Assembly (NCBI GenBank): GCA_958352855.1
Contig: CATWQE010000005.1
Location: forward strand, 25,785-89,784
From: an uncultured Bacillota bacterium
GTDB lineage: Bacteria; Bacillota; Clostridia; Lachnospirales; Lachnospiraceae
DNA: 64,000 nucleotides
Direction of reading: 5' to 3'
How positions within the stretch are numbered: position 1 is the stretch's first letter; every line of letters begins with the position of its first letter. Below the pieces are notes generated by a model, which saw only the letters and a list, made by a program, of their open reading frames with translations, was not told the origin of the DNA and ran no database searches. The position numbers were made by a program, and so were the translations under genes. Of this stretch, positions 55,854 to 64,000 are shown in pieces.

Positions 55854-56411
55854 ATGATATCAGCAGGAGATTTTAAAAACGGTCTCACACTGGAAATTGA
55901 TGGTAACGTAGTACAGATTATGGAATTCCAGCACGTTAAACCAGGTAAAGGTGCTGCATTCGTTAGAACAAAATTAAAAAATGTAATCAGTGGTGGAATT
56001 ATTGAAAAAACATTCAGACCAACTGAAAAATTCCCACAGGCAAGAATTGAGCGTGTGGATATGCAGTATTTATACAATGATGGTGATTTGTATAACTTCA
56101 TGAACAATGAAACATACGATCAGATTGCCATTGCACAGGATACTGTAGGAGATTCTTTAAAATTTGTAAAAGAAAACGAAACAGTAAAAGTATGTTCTTA
56201 CAATGGAAATGTATTCGCTATTGAAGCACCATTGTTCGTAGAACTGGAAATCACAGATACAGAGCCAGGCTTTGCAGGAAATACTGCACAGGGCGCTACA
56301 AAACCGGCTGTTGTAGAAACAGGCGCTACTGTATACGTACCTCTGTTTGTAAACCAGGGTGATGTGATTAAAATTGATACAAGAACTGGAGAATACTTAT
56401 CCAGAGTTTAA
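55854..56411 (+). CDS. efp: Elongation factor P
   Basis: 185 aa. KPGKG loop with the modification-site Lys ([17 protein letters not shown]). Confidence 0.95.
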   Translation: MISAGDFKNGLTLEIDGNVVQIMEFQHVKPGKGAAFVRTKLKNVISGGIIEKTFRPTEKFPQARIERVDMQYLYNDGDLYNFMNNETYDQIAIAQDTVGDSLKFVKENETVKVCSYNGNVFAIEAPLFVELEITDTEPGFAGNTAQGATKPAVVETGATVYVPLFVNQGDVIKIDTRTGEYLSRV

Positions 56412-56448
56412 TCTGCACTTGGAAAATATTCAGAAAGTGCTGTATTCA

Positions 56449-56484
56449 AGCCTACCCTTTGAGACTACAGGCTCAAAGGGTGGC
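56449..56484 (+). terminator. Hairpin downstream of efp (no clear U-tract)
   Basis: GCCTACCCTTTGAG ACTACAGG CTCAAAGGGTGGC. Confidence 0.3.
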
Positions 56485-56680
56485 AGACTGAGAGTAAAAT
56501 ATATCAATATTCGAAAATGACTGTTTCGTACAGGCATCTCATTTTATCAAATCTTTTTATCAGATATATCTATCAGAAATTCCTATGAATTTTTAAGGTC
56601 AATGTGGTATTTTGCAGTAACAGGGAAGGTATCTGTCCGGTTTCTGTGTCTGCTTAATATAAATAAAAAAGAAAGGACGA

Positions 56681-57571
56681 ATGGATTGTATGGAATATCA
56701 GACATTCAAAGAAGAGTTATGCAGGATTTTACAAAAGAGGACAGAAGGTAAGAAAAAGGTAATTTTGCAGCAGGTGGAGAAGAACAATGGAGTTGTTCTG
56801 GACGCAGTGGTCTTACAAGGAGAAAGGGAACAGGTGCTTCCTACGATTTATCTGGAGGAACTGTATGAGATTTATGAAGAAGGAGCAACACTGGAACAGA
56901 TTGCCGGGCGTATTCTGTGCGAAGAGGAAAAATGGAAGGAGGAAGTGGAGTTCTCACTGGAAGAATTTGAGGATTATACCAGGGCAAGAACCAGTATCTT
57001 TTATAAGCTGGTGAATTATCAGATGAATGAGAAGATGTTAAAAAGAGTACCTCATATCCGGTATCTGGATCTGGCAGTGGTTTTTTATTATCGTGTGGAA
57101 CAGGGGCATTTTCCAGGTGGTTCTGTATTAATACATAATAACAATCTGGTGACCTGGGGAATTACCAAAAGCCAGCTAATGAAGGACGCAGCCTTTAATA
57201 CCAGCAGAAAACTTCCATATAGCTTTGTGGGGATGGAATCTCTCATAGCAGAATTATCAGGAGAGGAACTGATGGATTTTCCAACAGAAGAACTAATGTA
57301 TGTTCTTACGAATGAAGAAAAATATTATGGCGCGGCAGTTTTGCTGTATCCCCATGTTCTGTCTCATATTGGCGCACTTCTAAAAAGAAATTTCTTTGTA
57401 CTTCCAAGCAGTGTTCATGAATGCATTTTAGTTCCGGATCTGGGACATTATACCCGCTTTGAATTAATGAAAATGGTAAGAGAGGTGAATCAGAATCAGG
57501 TAGAGGAAGAGGAAATTCTCTCTTATCAGGTCTATTATTATGACCGGAAGAGAGAGGCTCTGGTAATGTAG
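56681..57571 (+). CDS. Hypothetical protein (possibly DUF5688-like)
   Basis: 296 aa, no TM helices, no recognisable catalytic motifs. Family name is from memory only and is low-confidence. Confidence 0.4.
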   Translation: MDCMEYQTFKEELCRILQKRTEGKKKVILQQVEKNNGVVLDAVVLQGEREQVLPTIYLEELYEIYEEGATLEQIAGRILCEEEKWKEEVEFSLEEFEDYTRARTSIFYKLVNYQMNEKMLKRVPHIRYLDLAVVFYYRVEQGHFPGGSVLIHNNNLVTWGITKSQLMKDAAFNTSRKLPYSFVGMESLIAELSGEELMDFPTEELMYVLTNEEKYYGAAVLLYPHVLSHIGALLKRNFFVLPSSVHECILVPDLGHYTRFELMKMVREVNQNQVEEEEILSYQVYYYDRKREALVM

Positions 57572-57721
57572 TTAAGTGGGGAATACTGCTCAGTTTTTTG
57601 AGAAAATTGGGTAGTATTTCCCAAATTTATAAGGAAATTCATGGAGAAACTGCCGGAAAATTTTCAAAGGCTTTACAAGTGAGAAGATTTGTGGTATGAT
57701 GACTGAGATGTAGAGATACAT

Positions 57722-57794
57722 GCACTCGTAGCTCAGGGGATAGAGCAGTGGTTTCCGGTACCACGTGTCGGGGGTTCGAATCCCTCCGGGTGTG
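57722..57794 (+). tRNA. tRNA-Arg (anticodon CCG)
   Basis: Cloverleaf by hand: acceptor GCACTCG/CGGGTGT, D-arm GCTC-AGGGGATA-GAGC, anticodon stem GTGGT/ACCAC with loop TTCCGGT, T-arm GGGGG-TTCGAAT-CCCTC. Discriminator G. CCA is not encoded. Confidence 0.8.
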
Positions 57795-57845
57795 TTATAT
57801 GCTTTGGGGAGAGCATGAGGATAAGGGAATATAAGGAGGACAGGT

Positions 57846-58751
57846 ATGTTAGACAATTTCAGAGAATGGCTCTCAGACAATCTGAGGTATATTCTTCTGG
57901 GTCTGGCAATTCTGATTGTTCTGGTTATCTTATTTTTTGGAATCAAAGCAATTACAGGTGGATTTTCTGATAAGGAAGGAAAAGAACCTGCGCAAAAAAC
58001 AGAACAAGAGAAAGAGTCTGAGAAAACCGGAGAATCAGAAGGAGATACTTCTGATAAAGATTCCGGAAATGCTCTTGCAAAGGATGCCCACCCTGAAGTG
58101 ACCACCTTGGTAGAAGCGTTCTATACTGCTTGGGGACAGAAAGATGTTGCCAAAATGAAAGAATTAACGGATGCTTTTAGCAAGACAGATGAGACCAAGG
58201 TTACCAACGTAGACTATATTGAAGAATATAGAAATGTAGAGGTATACACAAAACCAGGACTGGAAAAGAACAGTTATGTGGTTTTCGCTTCCTATGATTT
58301 AAAGTTTAAGGATGTGGAAACGCCAGCTCCGGGGCTTTCTGTAATATATGTTTATCAAAATGCAGATGGAAAGTATCTGATTCATAATGATGAAAGTGAT
58401 GCGGAGATTCAGGAATGCATTGAGAAAACAAGACAGGAAGAGGATGTAAAAGAACTGATTGCCCAGGTTGAGAAAGCGCTCAATGATGCGATAGAAGGGG
58501 ATGAAGCCCTGAAGAAGTTTGAAGAAGAGCTGGGAAGTAAGGTAAATACAGCTATCATGGCTGACAATGGGGAAACGCTTACAACCACAGATATCTGTAA
58601 CATGCGTTTGAAACCTGATTCAGATTCAGATATTATCGCAATCCTTAGCAAAGGAGAGCAGGTAAAGAAGCTGGAAAATGCAGATGAAAACTGGATTAAA
58701 GTAGAGTATCAGGGAAATGAAGGATATGTCCACAGTGACTTGCTTCAGTAA
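57846..58751 (+). CDS. Membrane-anchored SH3b domain protein
   Basis: N-terminal TM helix, acidic linker, and C-terminal bacterial SH3 (ICNMRLKPDSDSDIIAILSKGEQVKKLENADENWIKVEYQGNEGYVHSDLL). Confidence 0.7.
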   Translation: MLDNFREWLSDNLRYILLGLAILIVLVILFFGIKAITGGFSDKEGKEPAQKTEQEKESEKTGESEGDTSDKDSGNALAKDAHPEVTTLVEAFYTAWGQKDVAKMKELTDAFSKTDETKVTNVDYIEEYRNVEVYTKPGLEKNSYVVFASYDLKFKDVETPAPGLSVIYVYQNADGKYLIHNDESDAEIQECIEKTRQEEDVKELIAQVEKALNDAIEGDEALKKFEEELGSKVNTAIMADNGETLTTTDICNMRLKPDSDSDIIAILSKGEQVKKLENADENWIKVEYQGNEGYVHSDLLQ

Positions 58752-58806
58752 TGAAAATTAAAAACAGGTAAAAAAGTAGCTGCTAGTTTAGCAGCTATCT
58801 TTTTGC

Positions 58807-59934
58807 CTATTTTTCGGCTGTACTGTCCAGGCTTCCATCCTCACGAAGAAAATAAGATTTTCCGTCCAGAGTAATCCATCCGGTAGCCATGGTGCCATCT
58901 TCGTTGAAATAATATTGCTTATCTGCGATTTGTCTCCAACCGGTCATAAGCTGTCCATTTGCCAGATAGTATTTTTTTCCATTGTCTTCTACCCAGCCCT
59001 CCTGCAATTTGCCTTCAGAGGTGAGATAATACCATTTGCTGTTATCCTGGAAAAGACCGGTTCTGGCGCTTCCGTCAGAATTGATGTAGTACCATTTATC
59101 TTCCTGCTTCAGCCATCCGGCCTGCGCCAGGATGCCCTCTTCTGTAATGAAGTATTTTTTGCCGCTTACAGTAATCCAGCCCTTTTGTTCCTTTCCATCT
59201 GCGCCCACAAAATGCTTCTGACCGCCTTCGTCAATCCAGGCGTTGGTTACTTTGGCTCCGTTTTCATCCATGTAATAGCGGTCACCCCCATTGGAAATCC
59301 ATCCGGTAGCCATGGCGCCATCCTCCCGGAAGAAATAGGTTTTTCCATCAATATCCAGAAAACCTGTGGCAATGGTTCCTGTTTCATCCAGATGGTACTT
59401 TTTGCCATCCAATTCTGCCCATCCGGCTGTGGCAGAACCGTCTTCGCGGAAAAGGTGAGGGACACCGTCAATTTCTGTGATGCCGGTGGCCATAACACCG
59501 GAAGAAGAGAAATAATATTTTTTGCCATCTAAATCCGCCCATCCTGTTGTGGGAGAACCATCTTCATTTAAGTAATATTTTCCATTTTCATCCTCAAACC
59601 ACCCTGTAGTAGCGGAACCGTCCGAATTGCGGTGATAAAGCTTTCCCTGTTCCTGCAGCCATCCGGTCTGCACATAGCCCCTGGAATCAAAATAATAAGT
59701 AACACCGTCAATTTCCTGGCTGGTGTCATGAACAAAAGAACCCTTTCCGGAAACATAACGCCGCCCCTGGTCATCATACACCCAGAAATTTTCCTTTTGA
59801 ACCTCTTTGGCATTTTCTCTGGAAACCATGTAATTCTTCGCAAGCACACATACATATTGGGGAGCAATCAAAAGAAAAACACCCAAAAGCAAAATAAAAG
59901 TCCAGAAAAAAACATTTTTTATTATGGTTTTCAT
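58807..59934 (-). CDS. Cell-wall-binding repeat protein (choline-binding / glucan-binding type repeats), secreted
   Basis: Signal peptide plus about 14 tandem 20-aa repeats of the TGW...DGKKYYF(x)DGS type. Confidence 0.8.
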   Translation of the reverse strand: MKTIIKNVFFWTFILLLGVFLLIAPQYVCVLAKNYMVSRENAKEVQKENFWVYDDQGRRYVSGKGSFVHDTSQEIDGVTYYFDSRGYVQTGWLQEQGKLYHRNSDGSATTGWFEDENGKYYLNEDGSPTTGWADLDGKKYYFSSSGVMATGITEIDGVPHLFREDGSATAGWAELDGKKYHLDETGTIATGFLDIDGKTYFFREDGAMATGWISNGGDRYYMDENGAKVTNAWIDEGGQKHFVGADGKEQKGWITVSGKKYFITEEGILAQAGWLKQEDKWYYINSDGSARTGLFQDNSKWYYLTSEGKLQEGWVEDNGKKYYLANGQLMTGWRQIADKQYYFNEDGTMATGWITLDGKSYFLREDGSLDSTAEK

Positions 59935-60090
59935 AAATTATCCTCACTGTACTCTCTAAAAATCATTTGCAAATTATATATATTATACCACGAACGCAGA
60001 AAAAGAAGAAGAGAAAGTTTCCCCAGGGCGTATAAGTATGTTATAATAATTGCACGCCGTAAATCGTTGAGGAACGAAAAGGAGAACACC

Positions 60091-60882
60091 ATGCGTTTAA
60101 ATAAATTTTTAAGTGAAGCCGGACTTTGTTCCAGGAGAGAGGCAGACCGTCTGATTGAGGCCGGACGTGTTACGGTTAATGGAAAACCTGCATCTTCTGG
60201 AATGCAGGTGGAGGATTCGGACCAGGTCTGTCTGGATGGAAATCAGGTAAAGCTTCAGGAAAGAAAAGTGCTGCTTCTTTTTTATAAACCAAAAGGAATT
60301 GAATGTACCGCCAACCCGCAGGTGAAAAAAAATGTAATTTCTTATATTCAGTATCCAATTCGGGTATATTATGCAGGAAGGCTTGATAAAGATTCAGAGG
60401 GGCTGTTATTACTGACCAATCAGGGAGATTTAGTCAATGAGATTATGAAGGCAGGCAATTTCCATGAAAAAGAATATCTGGTGACAGTGGACAGACCTGT
60501 GACAGAAGAATTTCTTCAGAAAATGAGAACCGGAGTGCCTGTTCTGGGAACCATCACCAGACCATGTGTGGCAGAGAAGCGGGGAGAATATGAGTTTCAG
60601 ATTGTGCTGACTCAGGGATTAAACCGACAAATCAGGAGAATGTGCAGCCATCTTGGATATGAAGTGAAAAAACTGAAGCGAACCCGCATTATGAATCTTA
60701 CTTTGGGAAGCTTAAAAGCAGGAGAATACAGGGAAGCTTCAAAAGCAGAAGTACAGGAATTGAAACGACAGATTGAAGAAGAAAAAACAGTCGGAAGAAA
60801 AGAGGTTTACCGGGGAGGAAAGCCTGTAAAAAACCCCGGAAAATATAGAAATCCGGAAAAGAAATTCAGAAAAAAACAGTAG
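60091..60882 (+). CDS. rRNA pseudouridine synthase (RsuA/RluB/RluF family) with Lys/Arg-rich C-terminal tail
   Basis: S4 domain (MRLNKFLSEAGLCSRREADRLI) and catalytic Asp in YYAGRLDKDSEGLLLLTNQG. ATG at 60091 follows AAGGAGAACACC. The much longer frame from 59632 is upstream read-through. Confidence 0.85.
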   Translation: MRLNKFLSEAGLCSRREADRLIEAGRVTVNGKPASSGMQVEDSDQVCLDGNQVKLQERKVLLLFYKPKGIECTANPQVKKNVISYIQYPIRVYYAGRLDKDSEGLLLLTNQGDLVNEIMKAGNFHEKEYLVTVDRPVTEEFLQKMRTGVPVLGTITRPCVAEKRGEYEFQIVLTQGLNRQIRRMCSHLGYEVKKLKRTRIMNLTLGSLKAGEYREASKAEVQELKRQIEEEKTVGRKEVYRGGKPVKNPGKYRNPEKKFRKKQ

Positions 60883-60896
60883 GAGGGTTGCATTTC

Positions 60897-62849
60897 ATGG
60901 ATGCTAGAAAAAGAATGAAGGAGCTCATTCCCATACTGACGCAGGCGGCAAAGGCGTATTATCAGGAAGATCGGGAAATCATGAGCAACTTTGAATACGA
61001 TAAATTGTATGATGAACTGGTAAAATTAGAAGAAGAGACAGGGATTACCCTGGCTGGAAGTCCTACCATGCTGGTTGGATATGAAGCGCTGGAAGAGCTG
61101 CCAAAAGAGGCTCATGAGACACCCATGCTTTCTCTGGATAAGACCAAAGACAGAGAAGCCTTGCGAAGCTTCATTGGAACACATAAGACCTTATTATCCT
61201 GGAAACTGGACGGGCTTACCATTGTATTGACTTACCGGGAAGGAAAGCTGGAAAAGGCAGTTACCAGAGGAAACGGTGTTATCGGGGAAGTGATTACCAA
61301 CAATGCCAGAGTATTCCAGAATATTCCCCTTCAAATTCAGCATAAGGGAACGTTGGTTCTTCGGGGGGAAGCAATTATTACGTATTCGGATTTTGAAAAA
61401 ATTAATGCTCAGATTGAGGATGTGGACGCCAGATACAAAAATCCAAGAAATTTGTGCAGCGGTTCGGTACGTCAGTTAAACAATGAGATTACAGCCAAAA
61501 GGAATGTCAACTTTTATGCCTTTTCTCTGGTTCAGGCAGAGGGCGTGGATTTTAACAATTCTGTGGAGCAACAATTTTTATGGCTGCAGAATCAGGGCTT
61601 TGATGTGGTGGAATACAGGGCAGTGACTGCCGAAAATCTGGACGAAGCCATGGATTATTTTGAACACCAGGTAGCCAGAAACGATTTTCCCTCAGATGGT
61701 CTGGTAGCTTTGTATGATGATATTGCTTATGGCGCCTCTCTTGGAAGCACAGCAAAATTTCCAAGAAATGCCTTTGCCTTTAAATGGAAGGATGAAATTC
61801 GGGAAAGCATTTTAAGAGAGATTGAATGGAGTCCGTCCAGAACAGGTTTGATTAATCCGGTGGCGATTTTTGACCCGGTGGAGCTGGAAGGCACTACGGT
61901 AAGTCGGGCAAGTGTGCATAACATCAGTATTTTAAAGGAGTTACAGCTTGGCATTGGAGATAAGATTCAGGTGTACAAAGCCAATATGATTATTCCGCAA
62001 ATTGCAGAAAACCTTACCAGAAGCGGAAATTTGGAGATTCCTCACATCTGCCCTGTGTGCAAAGAAGAGGCAAGAGTTCTGAAAACCAATGAGGTGGAGG
62101 CACTGTACTGCATGAACCCAGATTGTCAGGCAAAGAAAATTAAATCCTTTACTTTGTTTGTCAGCAGGGATGCCATGAATATTGACGGACTTTCTGAGGC
62201 AACCCTGGAGAAGTTTATTTTGAAGGGATTTATTCGGGATTTCGGGGATATTTTTGAAATTCAGCGTTATAGAGAACAGATTGTAGAGATGGAAGGCTTT
62301 GGAGAGAAGTCTTATGAAAACCTGATTTCCAGTATTGAAAAGGCAAGACATACCACATTGCCGCGAGTGATTTACAGTCTTGGTATTGCCAACATTGGTC
62401 TGGCAAATGCCAAGGTAATCTGCAGAGAATTTGAATACGATGTGGAAAGCATGATTCATGCAACAGCAGAAGAAATCAGCGCCATTGAAGGAATTGGACC
62501 TGTAATTGCCAAGACCTTTACTGAATATTTCAGTGAAGAGGAAAATCTGAAAAAGTTCCGTCATCTGATGTCACATCTGGAATTAGAGGAAGTGAAAAAA
62601 GAAGAAAAGCAGTCCTTGGCAGGAAAACAGTTTGTTATTACCGGAAGTGTAGAACATTTTGCCAACAGGGCCCAGTTAAAAGAATTTATTGAACAAAGAG
62701 GAGGAAAAGTAACAGGAAGTGTGACCTCCAAAACCAATTATTTAATTAATAATGATACAACCTCCAACTCTTCCAAAAATAAAAAAGCGAAGGAACTTGG
62801 GGTACCAATTTTATCAGAAGAAGATTTTATAGAAATGGCAGGTGTATAA
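60897..62849 (+). CDS. ligA: NAD-dependent DNA ligase
   Basis: Adenylation motif KLDG, OB fold, Cys4 zinc finger (CPVCKEEA...C..C), HhH domains and C-terminal BRCT. Confidence 0.95.
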   Translation: MDARKRMKELIPILTQAAKAYYQEDREIMSNFEYDKLYDELVKLEEETGITLAGSPTMLVGYEALEELPKEAHETPMLSLDKTKDREALRSFIGTHKTLLSWKLDGLTIVLTYREGKLEKAVTRGNGVIGEVITNNARVFQNIPLQIQHKGTLVLRGEAIITYSDFEKINAQIEDVDARYKNPRNLCSGSVRQLNNEITAKRNVNFYAFSLVQAEGVDFNNSVEQQFLWLQNQGFDVVEYRAVTAENLDEAMDYFEHQVARNDFPSDGLVALYDDIAYGASLGSTAKFPRNAFAFKWKDEIRESILREIEWSPSRTGLINPVAIFDPVELEGTTVSRASVHNISILKELQLGIGDKIQVYKANMIIPQIAENLTRSGNLEIPHICPVCKEEARVLKTNEVEALYCMNPDCQAKKIKSFTLFVSRDAMNIDGLSEATLEKFILKGFIRDFGDIFEIQRYREQIVEMEGFGEKSYENLISSIEKARHTTLPRVIYSLGIANIGLANAKVICREFEYDVESMIHATAEEISAIEGIGPVIAKTFTEYFSEEENLKKFRHLMSHLELEEVKKEEKQSLAGKQFVITGSVEHFANRAQLKEFIEQRGGKVTGSVTSKTNYLINNDTTSNSSKNKKAKELGVPILSEEDFIEMAGV

Positions 62850-62856
62850 AGCTGTT

Positions 62857-64000
62857 ATGGTAAATACAAAAGAAATAAAGAAGAAGGGCTTAAAAGGTGT
62901 GAAAACCATTATTTTTGGCAGAACCCTTATGGTGGTTCTGGCATTTGTGATTCAGTTTTTATTACTGACATCCATTTATGTCTGGCTGCGAGACTATAGT
63001 TATATTTTTTATCTTGTTTTTATCCTGCTTAGTGTGACCGTAGTATTGCATTTATTTAACAGCAGCGGCAGTCCCGAATTTAAGCTGGTGTGGATGCTGC
63101 CGCTGATTATTTTTCCTGTATTTGGGGCTTTGTTTTATATTTACATTAATAATCAGTGGGGAACCAAGATACTCTTTCGACGCCTGGAAACCTTTTCTGT
63201 ACAGACCAGAAAATATGCGCCTCAGAATGTGGCGGTAAAAGCAAGACTGAAAGAGAAAAATCCACAGATGGGGCATTTTGCGGATTATATGGAAGTCTAT
63301 GGAAATTCGCCGGTCTATGATCACACGCAGGTCACATATTATCCGCTGGGAGATGATCAGTTTCAGGATATGCTGGAGGAACTGAAAAAAGCAGAGAAAT
63401 TTATCTTTTTGGAATTTTTCATTGTAGAAGAAGGCGTTATGTGGAACAGCATTCTGGAAATTTTGAAGGAAAAAGCAAAGCAGGGCGTAGAGGTCAGAGT
63501 AATGTATGATGGAATGTGCGTACTGGCATTGCTGCCCTATTTTTACCCGAAAGTTCTGGAGGCAGAGGGAATTAAGTGTAAGATGTTTGCTCCTATCCGT
63601 CCTGTGTTTTCCAGCTATTATAATAACCGGGACCACAGAAAAATCATGGTGATTGACGGAAAAGTTGCTTTTACAGGGGGAACAAACCTGGCGGATGAAT
63701 ATATTAACCAGAAGGTGCGTTTTGGACATTGGAAGGATACTGCAGTGCGTCTTACCGGAAAGGCAGTAGAACGCTTTACCTATATGTTCCTGGAAATGTG
63801 GGATGTAACAGAGGTTGAAGAGGAAGCCTATGCAAAATATAAGACTCCAGAAGAATTTTCCATGCCAAATGACGGTTATATTATGCCTTATGAAGTCAGT
63901 CCTTATGGAAAGGAAAGGGTAGGGAAAAAAGTATATCTGGATATTTTAAATACTGCCAGGGAATATGTACATATTATGACGCCATATTTGATTCTGGACT
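62857..64000 (+). CDS. cls: Cardiolipin synthase (3' end outside window)
   Basis: Two N-terminal TM helices and a PLD domain with the first HKD motif (HRKIMVIDGKVAFTGGTNLADEY). The frame is open to the window end. Confidence 0.8.
   Translation, partial: MVNTKEIKKKGLKGVKTIIFGRTLMVVLAFVIQFLLLTSIYVWLRDYSYIFYLVFILLSVTVVLHLFNSSGSPEFKLVWMLPLIIFPVFGALFYIYINNQWGTKILFRRLETFSVQTRKYAPQNVAVKARLKEKNPQMGHFADYMEVYGNSPVYDHTQVTYYPLGDDQFQDMLEELKKAEKFIFLEFFIVEEGVMWNSILEILKEKAKQGVEVRVMYDGMCVLALLPYFYPKVLEAEGIKCKMFAPIRPVFSSYYNNRDHRKIMVIDGKVAFTGGTNLADEYINQKVRFGHWKDTAVRLTGKAVERFTYMFLEMWDVTEVEEEAYAKYKTPEEFSMPNDGYIMPYEVSPYGKERVGKKVYLDILNTAREYVHIMTPYLILD

Noticed and set aside
57590-58105. 171-aa minus-strand ORF
   Set aside because: It overlaps the tRNA-Arg gene and the start of the SH3b gene on the opposite strand. 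It has no RBS and is spurious.
59632-60090. 153-codon upstream extension of the pseudouridine synthase frame
   Set aside because: The only ATG with an RBS is at 60091. The upstream part is AT-rich intergenic and promoter sequence with no protein-like composition.
63052-63729. 225-aa minus-strand ORF
   Set aside because: It lies antisense within the cardiolipin synthase coding region, whose plus-strand frame contains a clear HKD motif.
1-64000. Search for CRISPR arrays, rRNA, IS elements, integrases and phage genes
   Set aside because: No repeat-spacer periodicity, no transposase or integrase-like ORFs and no rRNA-like segments were seen. The only repeats are the intragenic rnfG duplication, the cell-wall-binding repeats and operator palindromes.

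Overview
This 64 kb window reads as a low-GC Firmicutes chromosome, most likely Clostridia or Lachnospiraceae-type; that placement is inferred from protein families, RBS style and a T-box leader. Almost all of it is coding on both strands. There are no rRNA genes, CRISPR arrays, transposases or integrases. One tRNA is present, tRNA-Arg(CCG).

Gene content in order:
- **Carbohydrate locus (1-11408).** A YesM/YesN-type two-component system (kinase truncated at the window edge), a sugar ABC importer (lipoprotein binding protein plus two permeases), a GH63-like (alpha/alpha)6 glycosidase, a GH13 alpha-glucosidase and a MerR regulator. The gap between the two glycosidases holds a decayed GH13 C-terminal fragment and a 28-aa holin-like toxin peptide.
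- **MerR-type promoter and operon (11440-13823).** A MerR-type promoter with 19-bp spacer and palindromic operators drives a carbon-nitrogen hydrolase and a YjiH-like membrane protein.
- **Housekeeping block (13950-21036).** SEC-C protein, DUF218 protein, T-box-controlled thrS, DUF1540 protein, an NSS transporter, and infC-rpmI-rplT with an apparent ATT start for infC.
- **Atypical Rnf-like cluster (21089-26576), the most unusual part of the window.** It has an EFR1-type flavodoxin/ferredoxin gene, rnfC, rnfD, an rnfG gene expanded by a recent 2 x 366 bp tandem duplication that nests two extra FMN-binding-like domains inside the original one, and a single divergent RnfA/E-like membrane subunit. 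There is no rnfB and no second A/E subunit. An ApbE flavin transferase lies 5 kb downstream. Between them sits an AraC-regulated OYE/FadH-type enoate reductase with a divergently transcribed Na+/solute symporter.
- **Remainder (32848-64000).** Polysaccharide deacetylase, rarA, a MATE exporter, aroK, a MarR regulator with a heterodimeric ABC exporter carrying an unusual acidic insertion, a second C-N hydrolase, DUF1653 and HAD proteins, a small orphan ORF next to a minimal ABC-type ATPase, mtnN, a MoxR/DUF58/transglutaminase operon, a Sel1 protein, DAHP synthase, topB, citrate synthase, yqeG, efp, a hypothetical protein, tRNA-Arg, an SH3b protein, a cell-wall-binding repeat protein, a pseudouridine synthase, ligA and the 5' part of cls.
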